A DNA stretch of 64,000 bases from an uncultured Armatimonadetes bacterium (lineage in GTDB: Bacteria > Armatimonadota > UBA5829 > DTJY01). The notes beneath the pieces were generated by a model. It worked only from the letters and a program-made list of their open reading frames with translations, was not told the origin of the DNA and ran no database searches. The position numbers and the translations under genes are program-made. This document shows positions 25,506 through 36,233 of the stretch, piece by piece. Location: assembly GCA_963717145.1 (NCBI GenBank), contig OY970325.1, forward strand, positions 2,400,001-2,464,000, read 5' to 3'. How positions within the stretch are numbered: position 1 is the first letter of the stretch; every line of letters starts with the position of its first letter.

Positions 25506-27533
25506 TTGGCAAGTGTTACTACCAGATCACTACTCATCTCCCTCATCGCCGCGCTTTTGCTCGTCACGTGCGCCGCGTCGGCCGTCGTGGACAGCACGCG
25601 CAAAGAAGTGGAAGCCGCCGTCGCCGCAGTCAAGCCGGCGCTCGTCAAGATCACCGTCGTCGCCGTCGAATACGATCAGGGGCGCGAGGTGAAACTGGAG
25701 GCCTCCGGGAGCGGGGTCATCATCTCCAAAGAGGGGCACATCGTCACCAACCACCATGTCGCGGGCGATGCCAAGCAGATCACCTGCACCCTGGCCAATA
25801 AGTCCGAGATCGACGCCGTGCTCGTGGGCACGGATCCACTCTCCGACATCGCCGTCATCAAGCTCAAGCCGGCGAAACCACAGGTGTTCCCGGTCGCGAA
25901 GTTCGGCGATTCATCCGCGCTCAGGGTCGGCGACCGAGTCTTCGCGATGGGCAGTCCCCTCGCCTTCTCGCAGTCGGTCACGATGGGCGTGGTCAGCAAC
26001 ACCGAGTTGGTGATCCCCGAGCAGCTCTGGTGGTTCGACCTGACCCTCGACGGCGAGAACGTCGGCTCGATCGTGCGCTGGATCGCTCATGACGCTGCGA
26101 TCTACGGGGGCAACTCAGGCGGCCCGCTGGTCAACAGCGCCGGGCAGATCGTGGGGATCAATGAGATCGACATCGGGCTGAGCGGCGCGATCCCCGGAAA
26201 CCTTGCGAAGGAAGTCGCCGACCAGATCATCAAGTTCGGCAAGGTGAAGCGGAGTTGGATGGGCCTGATGACTCAGCCGCTCCTGAAGTCGTCCGACCGC
26301 AAAACCGGCGTGCTGATCGGCGGAACGGTCGAGGGATCGCCGGCGGAGAAGGCCGGATTCCAGCCGGGCGACATCCTCGTCAAGCTTGCGGGCAAGCCGT
26401 GTACCGTCCGATTCGGCGAGGAAGTGCCGATCTTCAACCACTTCCTCATGGGACTGGCGGCCGGGAAGACGATCGACGCGATCGTCGTCCGCGGCGGCAA
26501 GGACGTGTCGCTCAAGGTCACACCGATCGACCGGGAGAACGCGATCTCGAAGCCCCAAGAGTTCAAGCAGTGGGGAATCTGTGCGAGCAACATCACATTC
26601 TTCGAGGCCAAGGAGAAAAAGCGCCCGAACAAGGACGGAGTGCTCGTCACCAGCGTCGGGCCGGGCGGACCGGCGGGGAATGCGAAGCCCGGCATCCAGG
26701 AAGAGGATGTCATCGTGCGGGTGGCCGATAAGCCGGTCAAGAACGTGGGCGACCTGCGCAGGATCACCCTCGAAGTCACCACTGGGAAGACGGACCCCGT
26801 CCCCACGATCGTCGCTTTCGAGCGCGGATCGAGTCAGTTCCTCACGGTTGTCAAGATCGGGAAGCAGGACCTCAAGGATCCCGGCCTGGAGGTACGCAAG
26901 GCGTGGCTTCCGGCGGCGGTCCAGGTGCTCACGCGGGACATCGCGGAGGCGCTGGGGATGAAGGGACGGACGGGTGTGCGGGTGACTCAGGTCTACCCCA
27001 ACACGTCCGCCGACAAAGCCGGCCTGAAGGTCGGTGACATCATCGTTAGCCTCGACGGAACGCCGGTGGCCGCCTCTGAGCCGGAGGACGTGGAGGTGCT
27101 GCCCGCCATGATCCGCCAGTATAGGATCGGGACGGTCGCCGAGCTTGGTGTTGTCCGCAATGGCGCGGAGATGAAGATCCCGGTCGAACTTGTAGCGTCT
27201 CAGAAACTCGTCCGCGAGATGAAGAAGTACCGGGACGACGGCTTCGAGTTCACTGTGCGGGACATCAGCTTCTTCGATCGGGTAACGAATCATTGGACCG
27301 AGAAGCAGGCAGGCGTCCTCGTGGATTCGGTCACGGAGGGCGGATGGGCGTCGCTCGGCGGCCTCCTCACCGGTGACCTGATCGTCGGCCTGGACGGGCA
27401 GGATGTCGCGGACACGGCGAGCTTCGAGGCGATGATGAAGAAGCTGGCGGCGTCGAAGCCGAAAACCACGATCTTCCGCGTGAAGACGGACATTTCCGAG
27501 GCGTATGTGGAGTTGAAACCGAGTTGGAACTAG
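25506..27533 (+). CDS. HtrA/DegP-like serine protease with about four PDZ domains
   Basis: AGGAGG plus TTG; triad motifs TNHHV, DIAVIK, GNSGGPL; repeated PA..AG...GD.I PDZ signatures. Confidence 0.9.
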   Translation: MASVTTRSLLISLIAALLLVTCAASAVVDSTRKEVEAAVAAVKPALVKITVVAVEYDQGREVKLEASGSGVIISKEGHIVTNHHVAGDAKQITCTLANKSEIDAVLVGTDPLSDIAVIKLKPAKPQVFPVAKFGDSSALRVGDRVFAMGSPLAFSQSVTMGVVSNTELVIPEQLWWFDLTLDGENVGSIVRWIAHDAAIYGGNSGGPLVNSAGQIVGINEIDIGLSGAIPGNLAKEVADQIIKFGKVKRSWMGLMTQPLLKSSDRKTGVLIGGTVEGSPAEKAGFQPGDILVKLAGKPCTVRFGEEVPIFNHFLMGLAAGKTIDAIVVRGGKDVSLKVTPIDRENAISKPQEFKQWGICASNITFFEAKEKKRPNKDGVLVTSVGPGGPAGNAKPGIQEEDVIVRVADKPVKNVGDLRRITLEVTTGKTDPVPTIVAFERGSSQFLTVVKIGKQDLKDPGLEVRKAWLPAAVQVLTRDIAEALGMKGRTGVRVTQVYPNTSADKAGLKVGDIIVSLDGTPVAASEPEDVEVLPAMIRQYRIGTVAELGVVRNGAEMKIPVELVASQKLVREMKKYRDDGFEFTVRDISFFDRVTNHWTEKQAGVLVDSVTEGGWASLGGLLTGDLIVGLDGQDVADTASFEAMMKKLAASKPKTTIFRVKTDISEAYVELKPSWN

Positions 27534-27564
27534 GAGCAGGGAATAAGGAGTCAAGGAGCAGAGA

Positions 27565-28341
27565 ATGAAGAAGATGAGAATCGTTCTTGCGGTGTTGTGT
27601 CTGGCGGCGGTATGCGTTATGGTCGTCCCGGCGTCCGCCGATGAACTGGCTACGACGGGAAGACAGATCATTGCCAAGTGGCAGGATGCGATCGTCAGCG
27701 TTCAGCTTGTCGTGAAGACGACCGTCACCTATGAGGGCGAGCAGTCGCCTCCGGAGGAGCAGAAAGTCGAGGCCAATGCGGTGGTGATCGATCCATCGGG
27801 GCTCGTGGTCACGGCGCTCTCGGGGATCAGCCCGGATGAGTCGATCGCGGACTACATGGGCGAAGAGGCCGACAAGTATAAGATCTCGACCGAGGTCGCA
27901 GATGTCAAGATACTGATGGGCGGTGGGCAGGAGATTCCCGCGACGGTAGTGCTGCGGGACAAGGAACTCGACCTGGCGTTCATCCGTCCGACGACGAAGC
28001 CCGAAAAGCCGATGACCGCCGTCGACCTCGCGAAGGGGTCGAAGCCTGGTGTGCTCGATCAGGTACTCGGGCTCGCACGTCAGGGCATGGTGGCAAGCCG
28101 CGCGATATCCGCATCGTTCGACCGGATCGAGACCGTGGTGGAAAAGCCCCGGTTCTTCAGCATCCCGGACCAGGGCCTCGACATGGGCGCGAGCGTATTC
28201 ACGCTGGACGCCGGGTTCGCCGGCCTGGTGGTCCTTCGCCAACTCCCGGCCGCCGCGGGGAACACCGACTGGTACAGCAACTCGGTGCAGATCATCATTC
28301 CCGCCGCCGACATCCAGGAGGCCGCCAAGCAGGCGCCATAG
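27565..28341 (+). CDS. Secreted trypsin-like fold protein, catalytic His and Ser apparently lost
   Basis: AVVIDPSGLVVTALS, DKELDLAFI, LDMGASVFT. Confidence 0.7.
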   Translation: MKKMRIVLAVLCLAAVCVMVVPASADELATTGRQIIAKWQDAIVSVQLVVKTTVTYEGEQSPPEEQKVEANAVVIDPSGLVVTALSGISPDESIADYMGEEADKYKISTEVADVKILMGGGQEIPATVVLRDKELDLAFIRPTTKPEKPMTAVDLAKGSKPGVLDQVLGLARQGMVASRAISASFDRIETVVEKPRFFSIPDQGLDMGASVFTLDAGFAGLVVLRQLPAAAGNTDWYSNSVQIIIPAADIQEAAKQAP

Positions 28342-28367
28342 ATTCGCCCGGCGGGATACATGATTAC

Positions 28368-28397
28368 AGCAGGAGTGACATATGGTCACTCCTGCTG
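28368..28397. terminator. Hairpin downstream of the protease pair
   Basis: agcaggagtgac-atatg-gtcactcctgct. Confidence 0.55.
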
Positions 28398-28454
28398 CTC
28401 CGGCATGACCCACTGACTGGGAAATAAATGCATCCAAAAAATGTATCGAACTGC

Positions 28455-28483
28455 TTGACAACTCCTTAGGGTTGTGCGACAAT
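28455..28483 (+). promoter_or_regulatory. Sigma70-type promoter with overlapping palindrome
   Basis: TTGACA-N17-GACAAT with TG; acaactc-ctta-gggttgt overlaps the spacer. Confidence 0.55.
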
Positions 28484-28608
28484 CGAATTGGCATGCACAC
28501 TTGTAGTTGTCCTGCCTCACATAGCCCACACCCGCCGCTTACTCCACGGGCATAGTGACCGCATGCCACCGACTCAACAAGCGCAGCACGAGTAATGGAG
28601 TACCAGAC

Positions 28609-28974
28609 ATGGAAGTAGCAGTGAAGTTGAGCAGCCGTCTTGTGGACGGCACCCCAGTTATTGACGCAGAAGGCGAGCTGGACTACGTGGCGATACCGGC
28701 GTTCAGAGATGAGGTATCGGGCCTGATCGAGCAGGGACATACGAACATAGTGGTTGATATGTCTCAGGTCTGCTTCATGGACAGTGGCGGAATCACCGGC
28801 ATCATCTACACCATGAAGCGACTGGCCGGTTTGCATGGCCGCGTAACCCTTGCCGGCTGCAACGAGATGATCTTCCACAAGCTCGAGATAGCCGGGCTGA
28901 CCAGGATTTCCACTGCACTCAGATTTGCCCCAGATGTGGAGCAAGCTGTGCGGGAGCTTAGAAAAGCTTCATAG
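28609..28974 (+). CDS. STAS-domain anti-sigma factor antagonist
   Basis: GELD, VVDMSQVCFMDSGG. Confidence 0.9.
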   Translation: MEVAVKLSSRLVDGTPVIDAEGELDYVAIPAFRDEVSGLIEQGHTNIVVDMSQVCFMDSGGITGIIYTMKRLAGLHGRVTLAGCNEMIFHKLEIAGLTRISTALRFAPDVEQAVRELRKAS

Positions 28975-29022
28975 ACATCGTTCCCGTCCGACTTCAGCTT
29001 TTGTGAGTACGGAGCGCTGTTG

Positions 29023-31242
29023 ATGGACAACCGGCAAGCGCAAAGGGTCACAGGCGGAACTCGATCCGCGGGCAGCGCCCTCGAGGCGATGGGACATCTG
29101 CATCGTCTATCGTCGCTGATTGCGTCCGGGCGACTTGACGAGGCCGTCAGCACGGCTGTCGAGATTCCAATCCAATGCCTCGGCATTAGCGCCTCCGCTC
29201 TGCTCCTTCCCTCATCGAATCCCGACAGACTGCGCCTCATTACCAGTCGCAACCTGAGCGCCGACCTGCAGAGAGACGTGATCACGTTCTGCAGCGATGA
29301 TCTCATCGATTGGGTCATCAAGAACGGAGCGCCGAAGGCGATCAATGATTTCGCCGCGCTCCTTCCCGAGGCATCATCCCGCTATCTGCAATACGGCATG
29401 AGGGCCGCCGTTTGCGCACCGGTCGACATTGCCGGGGCATCACCCGGTGCGCTGCTGTGCGTTTCCCGGTCACCGAAGGCATTCGCGGTCTGGGAGGTAG
29501 AGCTGATCTCCCTGCTGGCCAACCAGATCACGTCGGTTCTCCGACAGCAACAGACGACGACCCCGGTCCCGAGCCCGCCCCCCGACGATCCAACTCCGGA
29601 GGTCGAGAGCGCCGGCGACATAGTTCAACGGGTGCTCACCGAAGCACTCTCTTCCGTTCATGCGGACGGTGGCTCGATCATGGCCAAACACGGCAACCGT
29701 CTGCGGATCATCGCCTCTCAGGGCCTTCATGCGGACGCGCCTCGATCCTCGAGCCTCTCGGACAAGACGATCACATCCTGGGTCGCTCTGCACGGCAAGC
29801 CCGTAACGCTGAACGGCAAAGTGCAGGACGAGCGATTCGCGCCCGCGGTAGCGCGCCCTGAGATCGTCTCCGCGATGTCCGTGCCTCTGACGAGCGGCAA
29901 CAGCATCGTCGGGGTTCTCAATGTGCACAGCACGCAAGCCTGGCGGTCATACACGCCTCGGGATCTGGGCACTCTCGGCAAGGTCGCCGGGCGTGTGGCT
30001 CTCGGCATCGAATACGCCAGGCTCTTCGAGGAGTCCAAGAGCCAGACTCGTTACCTGCGAAGCCTCTATAGGATCGCGCGCGCCATCACGTCCACCCTCG
30101 ACCTCGATAGTGTCGTGCAGGTGATCATCAAGTACATGTGCGAGCACTTGTCCTCGGACGTGTGCGCGTTGCTCATGTACGATCGCTCATACGACGAGAT
30201 CCAGCTCGCGGGGGGTTACTCGGCGTCCGGCGGTCCGGATGAGCAGTACATGCAGCTAATGAGGCCGGCAGTCAAGGCCGTGCGCCGTTCGAAGCGACCG
30301 TTGGAGTACCACGACCTGCTGAAGGCTCCGGAATACGCGAATGTCGAGGCCGTACACAGGCTCGGGCTCCGATCGGGAGTCGTGGCCGCACTCTCGGTCA
30401 AGGGACACATTGTCGGTTTCGTGGCCGCATTCCGCCGTCAACCGGGGGGATTCGCGCGCCAGGTGGTGAAGGTGCTGCCCGGCCTCGCGGAACTCGCGGC
30501 TATCGCGATCGAGAATGCCAGGCTGTATCAGCGGCAGGTCGATATCGCGCATCTGACGCAGAAGACCCTTGTGCCGATGTCCCTGCAAGACATCCCCGGC
30601 TTCGATATCGGCTACAAATACGCACCCGCTTACCAGGTCGGCGGTGACTATTGCGATATAATCAGACTGCAGGACGGGCGGTACGGGATCGCGATCGCGG
30701 ATGTGGCGGGCAAGGATATCAAGGCGGCGGCGCACATCGGGATGTGCCGGCACTCGCTCCGCGCCGTTGCTGATGAGATCAAATCGCCCGCCGTTCTGAT
30801 GAAGAAGATGAACCAGTGCGTGTGCGATCAGACCGAGCCCGAGGCGTTCATCAGCATGATCTACGCGATCCTCGATCCGGCAACAAGGAAGCTCACGCTC
30901 TGCTCTGCAGGCCACGAACCAGCCGTCGTTTTCCGCAAGAAATCCGTATGCCTGGAGGAACTGTCAACATTCAACCTGCTGCTCGGCATACGACCGCATG
31001 AGACTTACGGCCAACGAAGGACCTCGATACGACCTGGGGATATTCTCACACTGTACACAGACGGCTTGGTCGAGGCTCTCGCGAGCGGGGAGACTCCGGG
31101 TGTGGAGAAGCTCAAGAGCCTGCTCGTCGACTGCCACATGCAGCCGATGCAGGAGATAGCCGACACTCTCCACGATCAGGCGTCTGATCACACGACAAGG
31201 AACCCGGATGATATCGCGCTGATTCTGCTGAAGGCATTGTGA
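29023..31242 (+). CDS. GAF x3 plus PP2C (SpoIIE/RsbU-type) phosphatase
   Basis: VGGDYCD, IADVAGK, SAGHEP, YTDGLVE, DDIAL. Confidence 0.9.
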   Translation: MDNRQAQRVTGGTRSAGSALEAMGHLHRLSSLIASGRLDEAVSTAVEIPIQCLGISASALLLPSSNPDRLRLITSRNLSADLQRDVITFCSDDLIDWVIKNGAPKAINDFAALLPEASSRYLQYGMRAAVCAPVDIAGASPGALLCVSRSPKAFAVWEVELISLLANQITSVLRQQQTTTPVPSPPPDDPTPEVESAGDIVQRVLTEALSSVHADGGSIMAKHGNRLRIIASQGLHADAPRSSSLSDKTITSWVALHGKPVTLNGKVQDERFAPAVARPEIVSAMSVPLTSGNSIVGVLNVHSTQAWRSYTPRDLGTLGKVAGRVALGIEYARLFEESKSQTRYLRSLYRIARAITSTLDLDSVVQVIIKYMCEHLSSDVCALLMYDRSYDEIQLAGGYSASGGPDEQYMQLMRPAVKAVRRSKRPLEYHDLLKAPEYANVEAVHRLGLRSGVVAALSVKGHIVGFVAAFRRQPGGFARQVVKVLPGLAELAAIAIENARLYQRQVDIAHLTQKTLVPMSLQDIPGFDIGYKYAPAYQVGGDYCDIIRLQDGRYGIAIADVAGKDIKAAAHIGMCRHSLRAVADEIKSPAVLMKKMNQCVCDQTEPEAFISMIYAILDPATRKLTLCSAGHEPAVVFRKKSVCLEELSTFNLLLGIRPHETYGQRRTSIRPGDILTLYTDGLVEALASGETPGVEKLKSLLVDCHMQPMQEIADTLHDQASDHTTRNPDDIALILLKAL

Positions 31243-31256
31243 GTAACAACGCGAAT

Positions 31257-31359
31257 CTTCGGCCCGGCAAGTAGGGAACGGTCGCTGTCCCGTTCCGCTG
31301 GTGTCGTCTCCAACGATGCGGAAAGGGACGGCGACCGTTCCCTACTTGCTGGGCCGAAG
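31257..31359. repeat. Family A REP doublet within an extended inverted repeat between convergent genes
   Basis: cttcggcccggcaagtagggaacgg...ccgttccctacttgctgggccgaag. Confidence 0.85.
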
Positions 31360-31364
31360 GTTCG

Positions 31365-32756
<1,392 letters not shown>

Positions 32757-32775
32757 GGCTTACCTCGCGTATCCC

Positions 32776-32872
32776 GTAGTGGCCGTGCCTCCGTGCCGGC
32801 CTGCACCGGTCGCTGCAGTGCCACTATCCCAAACAAGATCGGTACAGGCCGGCACGGAGGCACGGCCACTAC
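32776..32872. repeat. Family C REP doublet
   Basis: gtagtggccgtgcctccgtgccggcc...ggccggcacggaggcacggccactac. Confidence 0.88.
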
Positions 32873-32878
32873 GGGTGG

Positions 32879-34069
32879 TCATCCTTTCTTCATCAGCGAC
32901 CAGTACATCCGTGACTGGAGGCCGTGGATCTTGACGGCCCCGGTCATCTCGCTCTGATCGAACGTCTTAGTATCGAACGACGCCAGGTCCTCGGAGTAGA
33001 GCGCGTACTTGCTGCTCCGTCCCTCGACCTTCGCCGATCCCTTGAAGAGCTGCATCCGGACCGTGCCGGTCACCCGCTCCTGAATCTTGTCGATGAACGC
33101 CTCGAGGTCGTCCTTGAGCGGGTCGAACCAGAGGCCTGCGTATGCCAGCTCGCCCCACTTCTGGTCGACCATCGTCTTGAACTGCCGCTCGTCCTTCGTG
33201 CAGACGAGGCCTTCGAGCGCCTTGTGAGCCATGATGAGGATCACCGCGGCCGGGCACTCGTAGTTCTCGCGCACCTTGAGCCCGAGCATCCGGTCCTCCA
33301 TGACATCGACTCGCCCGACACCGTTCCGACCGGCGATCTCATGCGCCGCCTTGACGAGTTCGACCGGACCCATCGCCCTGCCGTTGATAGCGACCGGGAC
33401 GCCCTTCTCGAAGGCGATCTCGACGGTCTCCGGCTCATTCCGGCTGTCCTGAATGCTTTTCGTCCACTGGAAGATCTCCTCCGGCGGCGTGTAGTTCGGC
33501 TCTTCGAGCCGTCCGCCCTCGATCGAGCGGCCCCACAGGTTCTCGTCGATGCTCCAGATCTTCTCGACCGTCTGCGCGATCGGGACGCCGTGCTCCCTGG
33601 CGTAGTCGATCTCCTCCGTGCGGGTGTAGTTGTGCTCCCGCATCGGTGCGATGATCGGCAGGTCGGGGCACATGGTGCGCCATACGAACTCGATTCTGAA
33701 CTGGTCGTTCCCCTTGCCGGTGCATCCGTGGCAGAACGCATCCGCGCCGACCTTCTTGGCGATCTCGGCGCTCTTCAGCGGCAATCAGCGGCCGGGCGAT
33801 GGAGGTGCTGATCGGATAGCCCTGGTAGTCGCCGTTCGCCTTGACCGCCGGGAAGCAGTAGTCCGTCACGAACTCGTCTTTGGCGTCGATGGTGTAGTGC
33901 TCGGTGCCGAGGGCGTCGCCCGCTCCTCCGCCTGCTTGATGTCCTCCTCGGGCTGACCGACGTCCACCGTGACGGTGACGATATGATCGAATCCGTAGTC
34001 CTCCTTCATCATCGGTATGCAGACGGACGTGTCGAGTCCCCCGGAATATGCGAGTACGACTTTCTTCAT
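32879..34069 (-). pseudogene. argG: Argininosuccinate synthase split by two indels (near 33915 and 33780), probably a sequencing artefact
   Basis: [10 protein letters not shown] in frame 1; [21 protein letters not shown] in frame 2; [10 protein letters not shown] and the remainder back in frame 1. Confidence 0.9.
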
Positions 34070-34079
34070 AGCTCCCCTC

Positions 34080-34120
34080 CCAGAATGGTTAATGGCTGAT
34101 GGTTGATGGTTGATGGCAGA
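34080..34120. repeat. 7-bp repeat tract (gatggtt) upstream of argG RBS
   Basis: cccagaatggttaatggctgatggttgatggttgatgg. Confidence 0.65.
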
Positions 34121-34147
34121 CCGGCTCCCATCGAACCATGCTCTTCG

Positions 34148-35587
34148 CTACATCACCAGTGCCATGACCGCCTTCTGGGCGTGCAGGCGGTTCTCAGCCT
34201 CGTCGAAGACGACCGACTGCGGGCCGTCGATCACCTCGTCGGTGATCTCCTCGCCCCTGTGCGCGGGCAGGCAGTGCAGGACGATGCTGTCGGCCTTCGA
34301 CACGTCCACGAGCGCCTGGTTGACCTGGTATGGCCGGAAGATCGGGAGGCGCACCTCGCTCTCGGCCTCCTGGCCCATGCTCGTCCAGACATCGGTGTAT
34401 ATCGCGTCGGCGTCCCGGGCGGCTTCCATCGGATCGGTCGTGATGGTGATCGTCGCGCCGTTCTCGTCCGCCTCGCGCTTGGCTGCCGTGTGGATCACCG
34501 TGTCGGGCTCGTATCCCTCTGGGCAGCCGACCGCGAAGTTCGCGCCGAGTTTCGCCGCGAGTAGCATCAGGCTGTGGCACGTGTTGCTGCTGCCGTCGCC
34601 GATGTACGCGACCTTGAGGCCCTTGGGATCGCCCTTCTTTTCGTATATTGTGAGGAAATCGGCCAGCGCCTGGCAAGGGTGCTCCAGGTCGGAGAGGCCG
34701 TTGATCACCGGTATGTTCGCGTATTTCGCGAGATCGACGACGGTCTGGTGCGAGAACACCCGCGCCATGATGCCCTGCACCATGCGCTCGAAGTTCCGAG
34801 CCGCGTCGGGAACGCTTTCCCGAGTGCCGAGCGCGATGTCGGACGGCTGGATGTAGATCGCATGTCCGCCGAGCTGAGTCATCCCCGTCTCGAAGGTCAC
34901 CCTGGTCCGCAGCGATGGCTTCTCGAAGATCATCGCGAGCGTCTTGCCGGGCAAGATCGGATGATCGACCTGGTACTGCAGCGTTCGGCCTTTGAGCAAT
35001 CCGGCAACCTGGAAGATGGCGTATACTTCGTCCCTGGTAAGGTCGCGGATGGAAAGTAGATCGCGGCCCCGCAGAGCATCGGTCGCTACGGTCGTTACAT
35101 CTGCATGCTTTGTTTCCATCGTGTACTCTCCTTCGCCGACCGCTTTCCTGGCTGTGCCAAGATCGATACCGGCTTCCACCAGTGCTTTTCCAGCTTCGCC
35201 TCTCCCAACCCGCAGGAGTCCGAGGAGCAGGTGCTCAGTGCCTATGCAGTCACAACTCAAGCGGCGGGCCTCGTCGTAAGCCATGTCAATCACCTGTTTA
35301 CCGCGCCGACTGAGCATCCTCTCCTGACGCTCTTTCCCATCACCCAGGCGCAGGCGCCTCCACATCTCGTCCCTGAGATCCCCGGGATCGACCTCGTTCT
35401 GTTCGAGGATACGCCATGCAACCGAGTCCGGCATGTGCAGCAGTCCGAGCAGCAGGTGCTCCGTCCCAACAATGGTAGAGCGAACCAAGTCCGCCTCCTC
35501 GTCGGCGTAAATAACGGCTCGTCGTGCCTTCTCTGTAAGTCTCTGCCACATGGTTCGTCGTGCCTTCTCTGTAAGCCTCTGCCACAT
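34148..35587 (-). CDS. argF: Clp N-terminal domain fused in frame to ornithine carbamoyltransferase (possible internal start at 35119)
   Basis: Two GTEHLLLGL repeats, then FEKPSLRTR, HPCQALAD, DVWTSMG, HCLP, FDEAENRLH. Confidence 0.9.
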   Translation of the reverse strand: MWQRLTEKARRTMWQRLTEKARRAVIYADEEADLVRSTIVGTEHLLLGLLHMPDSVAWRILEQNEVDPGDLRDEMWRRLRLGDGKERQERMLSRRGKQVIDMAYDEARRLSCDCIGTEHLLLGLLRVGRGEAGKALVEAGIDLGTARKAVGEGEYTMETKHADVTTVATDALRGRDLLSIRDLTRDEVYAIFQVAGLLKGRTLQYQVDHPILPGKTLAMIFEKPSLRTRVTFETGMTQLGGHAIYIQPSDIALGTRESVPDAARNFERMVQGIMARVFSHQTVVDLAKYANIPVINGLSDLEHPCQALADFLTIYEKKGDPKGLKVAYIGDGSSNTCHSLMLLAAKLGANFAVGCPEGYEPDTVIHTAAKREADENGATITITTDPMEAARDADAIYTDVWTSMGQEAESEVRLPIFRPYQVNQALVDVSKADSIVLHCLPAHRGEEITDEVIDGPQSVVFDEAENRLHAQKAVMALVM

Positions 35588-35598
35588 GGTATTCACTC

Positions 35599-35685
35599 CC
35601 CAGAATGGTCAATGGGGAATGGTTGATGGTTGATGACAACCAGTCACCCATCCCCCATGAACCATAAACCATCGACCATTTCCCA
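35599..35685. repeat. Inverted pair of 7-bp repeat tracts (gatggtt / aaccatc)
   Basis: gaatggtcaatggggaatggttgatggttgatga ... ccatgaaccataaaccatcgaccatt. Confidence 0.65.
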
Positions 35686-35690
35686 TCCGG

Positions 35691-36185
35691 CTACGTCGTC
35701 GGCATGCATGCCGCGCCGGCGCCGCTGCCGTTAGACTGGCCGAACGGGAGGCGGCCTGCCTGCAGATTGCGAAGCTGGCTCAGGATCGCGCTCGGATCGG
35801 CGCCCAGCCGGTTGAGCACGCCGGCTGCAAGTCCGCCGGTCTCTCGTGACAGGCCGAGGAGCAGATGCTCGGTGCCTATCCATTCGTCACTAAGCCGTCT
35901 GCCCTCAGCAAATGCGTGGTCAATGACCTGCTTCGCATCGACAGTCAACTGAATGTCGTCGCCAAGGTGGTCGCAGCCACGGGACACAGATTTCATCAGC
36001 TCCGACTTAACCGTGCCGAGGTCGATGCCAAGACGCTCGAGCAGACTCGCGGCAACACAGTCGTCCTCGCGGATGAGCGCAAGGAGCAGGTGTTCCGGCC
36101 CAACGTGATTGTAGCCCAGCTTTTCGGCTTCCTGCTGGGCCAGGAAGATCGCCTTCCTGGCATGCTGAGTGAGTTGTCTCCACAT
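35691..36185 (-). CDS. Stand-alone Clp N-terminal (double Clp-R repeat) domain protein
   Basis: AGGAGG RBS; LAQQEAEKLGYNHVGPEHLLL and EGRRLSDEWIGTEHLLLGL; no AAA+ domain. Confidence 0.88.
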   Translation of the reverse strand: MWRQLTQHARKAIFLAQQEAEKLGYNHVGPEHLLLALIREDDCVAASLLERLGIDLGTVKSELMKSVSRGCDHLGDDIQLTVDAKQVIDHAFAEGRRLSDEWIGTEHLLLGLSRETGGLAAGVLNRLGADPSAILSQLRNLQAGRLPFGQSNGSGAGAACMPTT

Positions 36186-36200
36186 ACTAATGCCTCCTGG

Positions 36201-36233
36201 TAAACTCGAAATTCGAAACTCGAAATCCGAAAT
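36201..36233. repeat. 7-bp tandem repeat (aaa[ct][tc]cg)
   Basis: aaactcgaaattcgaaactcgaaatccgaaatc. Confidence 0.65.
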
